In this document: positions 5,877 through 6,703 of the stretch, one piece after another
Layout: every line of letters begins with the position of its first letter
Numbering within the stretch: position 1 is the first letter of the stretch
Virus record (IMG/VR): IMGVR_UViG_2671180753_000008
Strand: one strand, 5' to 3'
DNA length: 6,703 nucleotides
From: a virus
Taxonomy: Duplodnaviria > Heunggongvirae > Uroviricota > Caudoviricetes
The notes under the pieces: model-generated
Database searches by the model: none
What the model was told of the DNA's origin: nothing
Seen by the model: the letters and a program-made list of their open reading frames with translations, nothing else
Position numbers and translations under genes: made by a program

Positions 5877-6060
5877 GTCTGTAACAACCGAACTGATAGT
5901 CTGCCAGACCCGCCATAACCAGCTGGGTCAGTATTAACTGGCAGCGTTCGCGTGAAAGGTAAGTATTCTGCGCTATCTCCCCGACTGTCGCCGGTTCGGT
6001 AACGCTTAATTCATTAAACACCACTCTGGCGGTTTCTGTCATATCCTGCTGTTTTAGCAT
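5863..6060 (-). CDS. Small hypothetical protein (65 aa), possible helix-turn-helix or winged-helix DNA-binding protein
   Basis: Good Shine-Dalgarno (GGAAAAGGAAAAG ending about 4 nt before the ATG). Segment TVGEIAQNTYLSRERCQLILTQLVMAGL looks HTH-like. Sits between the tR'-like terminator and the methyltransferase. Confidence 0.45.
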   Translation of the reverse strand: MLKQQDMTETARVVFNELSVTEPATVGEIAQNTYLSRERCQLILTQLVMAGLADYQFGCYRRLPQ

Positions 6061-6178
6061 GTCTTTTCCTTTTCCGGTTAACGTGACACACCAATAACTC
6101 TTGTCGAAAAAGCCAGCAAGCTGAAAGACAGGTATTCACCGCCACCAGCGCGTTTACTGTACTGACGCGATTTCAGTC

Positions 6179-6204
6179 ATAAAAAACCCGCTCGGCGGCG
6201 GGTT
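6179..6204 (-). terminator. tR'-like rho-independent terminator downstream of the late promoter
   Basis: Minus strand reads AACCCGC-CGCCGA-GCGGGTT followed by TTTTAT (U-run of 6 counting the stem end), about 45-65 nt downstream of the predicted start site. Confidence 0.65.
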
Positions 6205-6239
6205 GTAGAAACTCTTCTAACGTCAGGCATAAAACGCCC

Positions 6240-6279
6240 ATCGTTATGACGAATTTACCACAGATTCCGGAAAAATCAA
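6240..6279 (-). promoter_or_regulatory. Lambdoid late promoter pR'-like with qut/pause-type initial transcribed element
   Basis: Minus strand reads TTGATT (6274-6279), 16-bp spacer, TAAATT (6252-6257), then CGTCAT AACGATGGG. This parallels phage lambda pR' as I recall it (TTGACT ... TAAATT TGACTC AACGATGGG). Located 6 bp after the upstream ORF stop. Confidence 0.6.
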
Positions 6280-6284
6280 CCTTG

Positions 6285-6703
6285 TTACCTAGTTACCTTT
6301 TTTAACTGCCGCTCAGCCCATGCTTCTTCAATATCAAACCGGGTCACCAGCGCATCATAAAATTTCTTAACTGTTTTTTCCCATGACGCGCGTGTTATCT
6401 GGTTTGTCACCTCGCATATAGCATTAAATGCCTCCGTTGATGGTAGTCTTTCATAGCCACGACCACCACAACGCTGGCAGTCTCTGATAACAGGCATACC
6501 ACGTTTTACCGACTCTTCACGATGAATGGCGACACCACGCCCACGGCAATCCTTACAGGCGGTGGAAACCTCACCCTTTCCGCCACACTCCGGACAGGCA
6601 ACTTTTACCACCTCCCTGACTTTTTTCCATTCTTCCCAGTAAGACGGATACACACCTTTCGTACACTTTGCCCATACCGGCGGCTTACCATCCGGATACT
6701 GGA
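6285..6703 (-). CDS. Putative Q-type late antiterminator, zinc-finger protein with CxxCxGxG repeats; 5' end lies beyond the right window edge
   Basis: Frame is open from 6703 down to the stop at 6285 (the track start at 6653 is a GTG, not the true start). Three CxxCxGxG motifs (CPECGGKG, CKDCRGRG, CQRCGGRG). Called Q mainly from its position directly upstream of the pR'-like promoter, not from sequence recognition. Confidence 0.45.
   Translation of the reverse strand, partial: QYPDGKPPVWAKCTKGVYPSYWEEWKKVREVVKVACPECGGKGEVSTACKDCRGRGVAIHREESVKRGMPVIRDCQRCGGRGYERLPSTEAFNAICEVTNQITRASWEKTVKKFYDALVTRFDIEEAWAERQLKKVTR

Noticed and set aside
5705-5887. Minus-strand 60-aa ORF between the methyltransferase and the small HTH-like ORF
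   Set aside because: Overlaps the methyltransferase start and the palindrome/terminator hairpins; no ribosome-binding site. More likely a non-coding regulatory spacer.

Overview
This window reads as a rearranged lambdoid-prophage late region, mostly on the minus strand (right to left). From the right edge: the 3' part of a putative Q antiterminator (6285-6703, runs off the window); a lambda-pR'-like late promoter with an AACGATGGG pause-type element; a tR'-like intrinsic terminator; a small HTH-like ORF; a beta-class DNA methyltransferase (DPPY ... FxGxG); and a tRNA cluster Ile(CAU)-Arg(UCG)-Arg(UCU) closed by an intrinsic terminator. From memory this Q-methylase-tRNA order is the context found upstream of stx in Stx-converting phages, but no stxA/stxB-like ORF is present. 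The downstream ~4 kb is instead a mosaic: three 5'-truncated copies of an IS3-family (IS600-like) element with a -1 frameshift transposase; a 1078-bp unit (IS fragment + 187-bp segment U + 178-bp repeat R) present twice; a third R copy; an AT-rich island with a 111-aa ORF; and a YdfR-like phage gene cut by the IS. A 77-N gap with identical 76-bp flanks and two single-N bases exactly at repeat junctions indicate assembly uncertainty. All calls are from reading the sequence and from memory of families; no searches were run. I did not find a convincing novel system, only several unexplained elements listed as findings.
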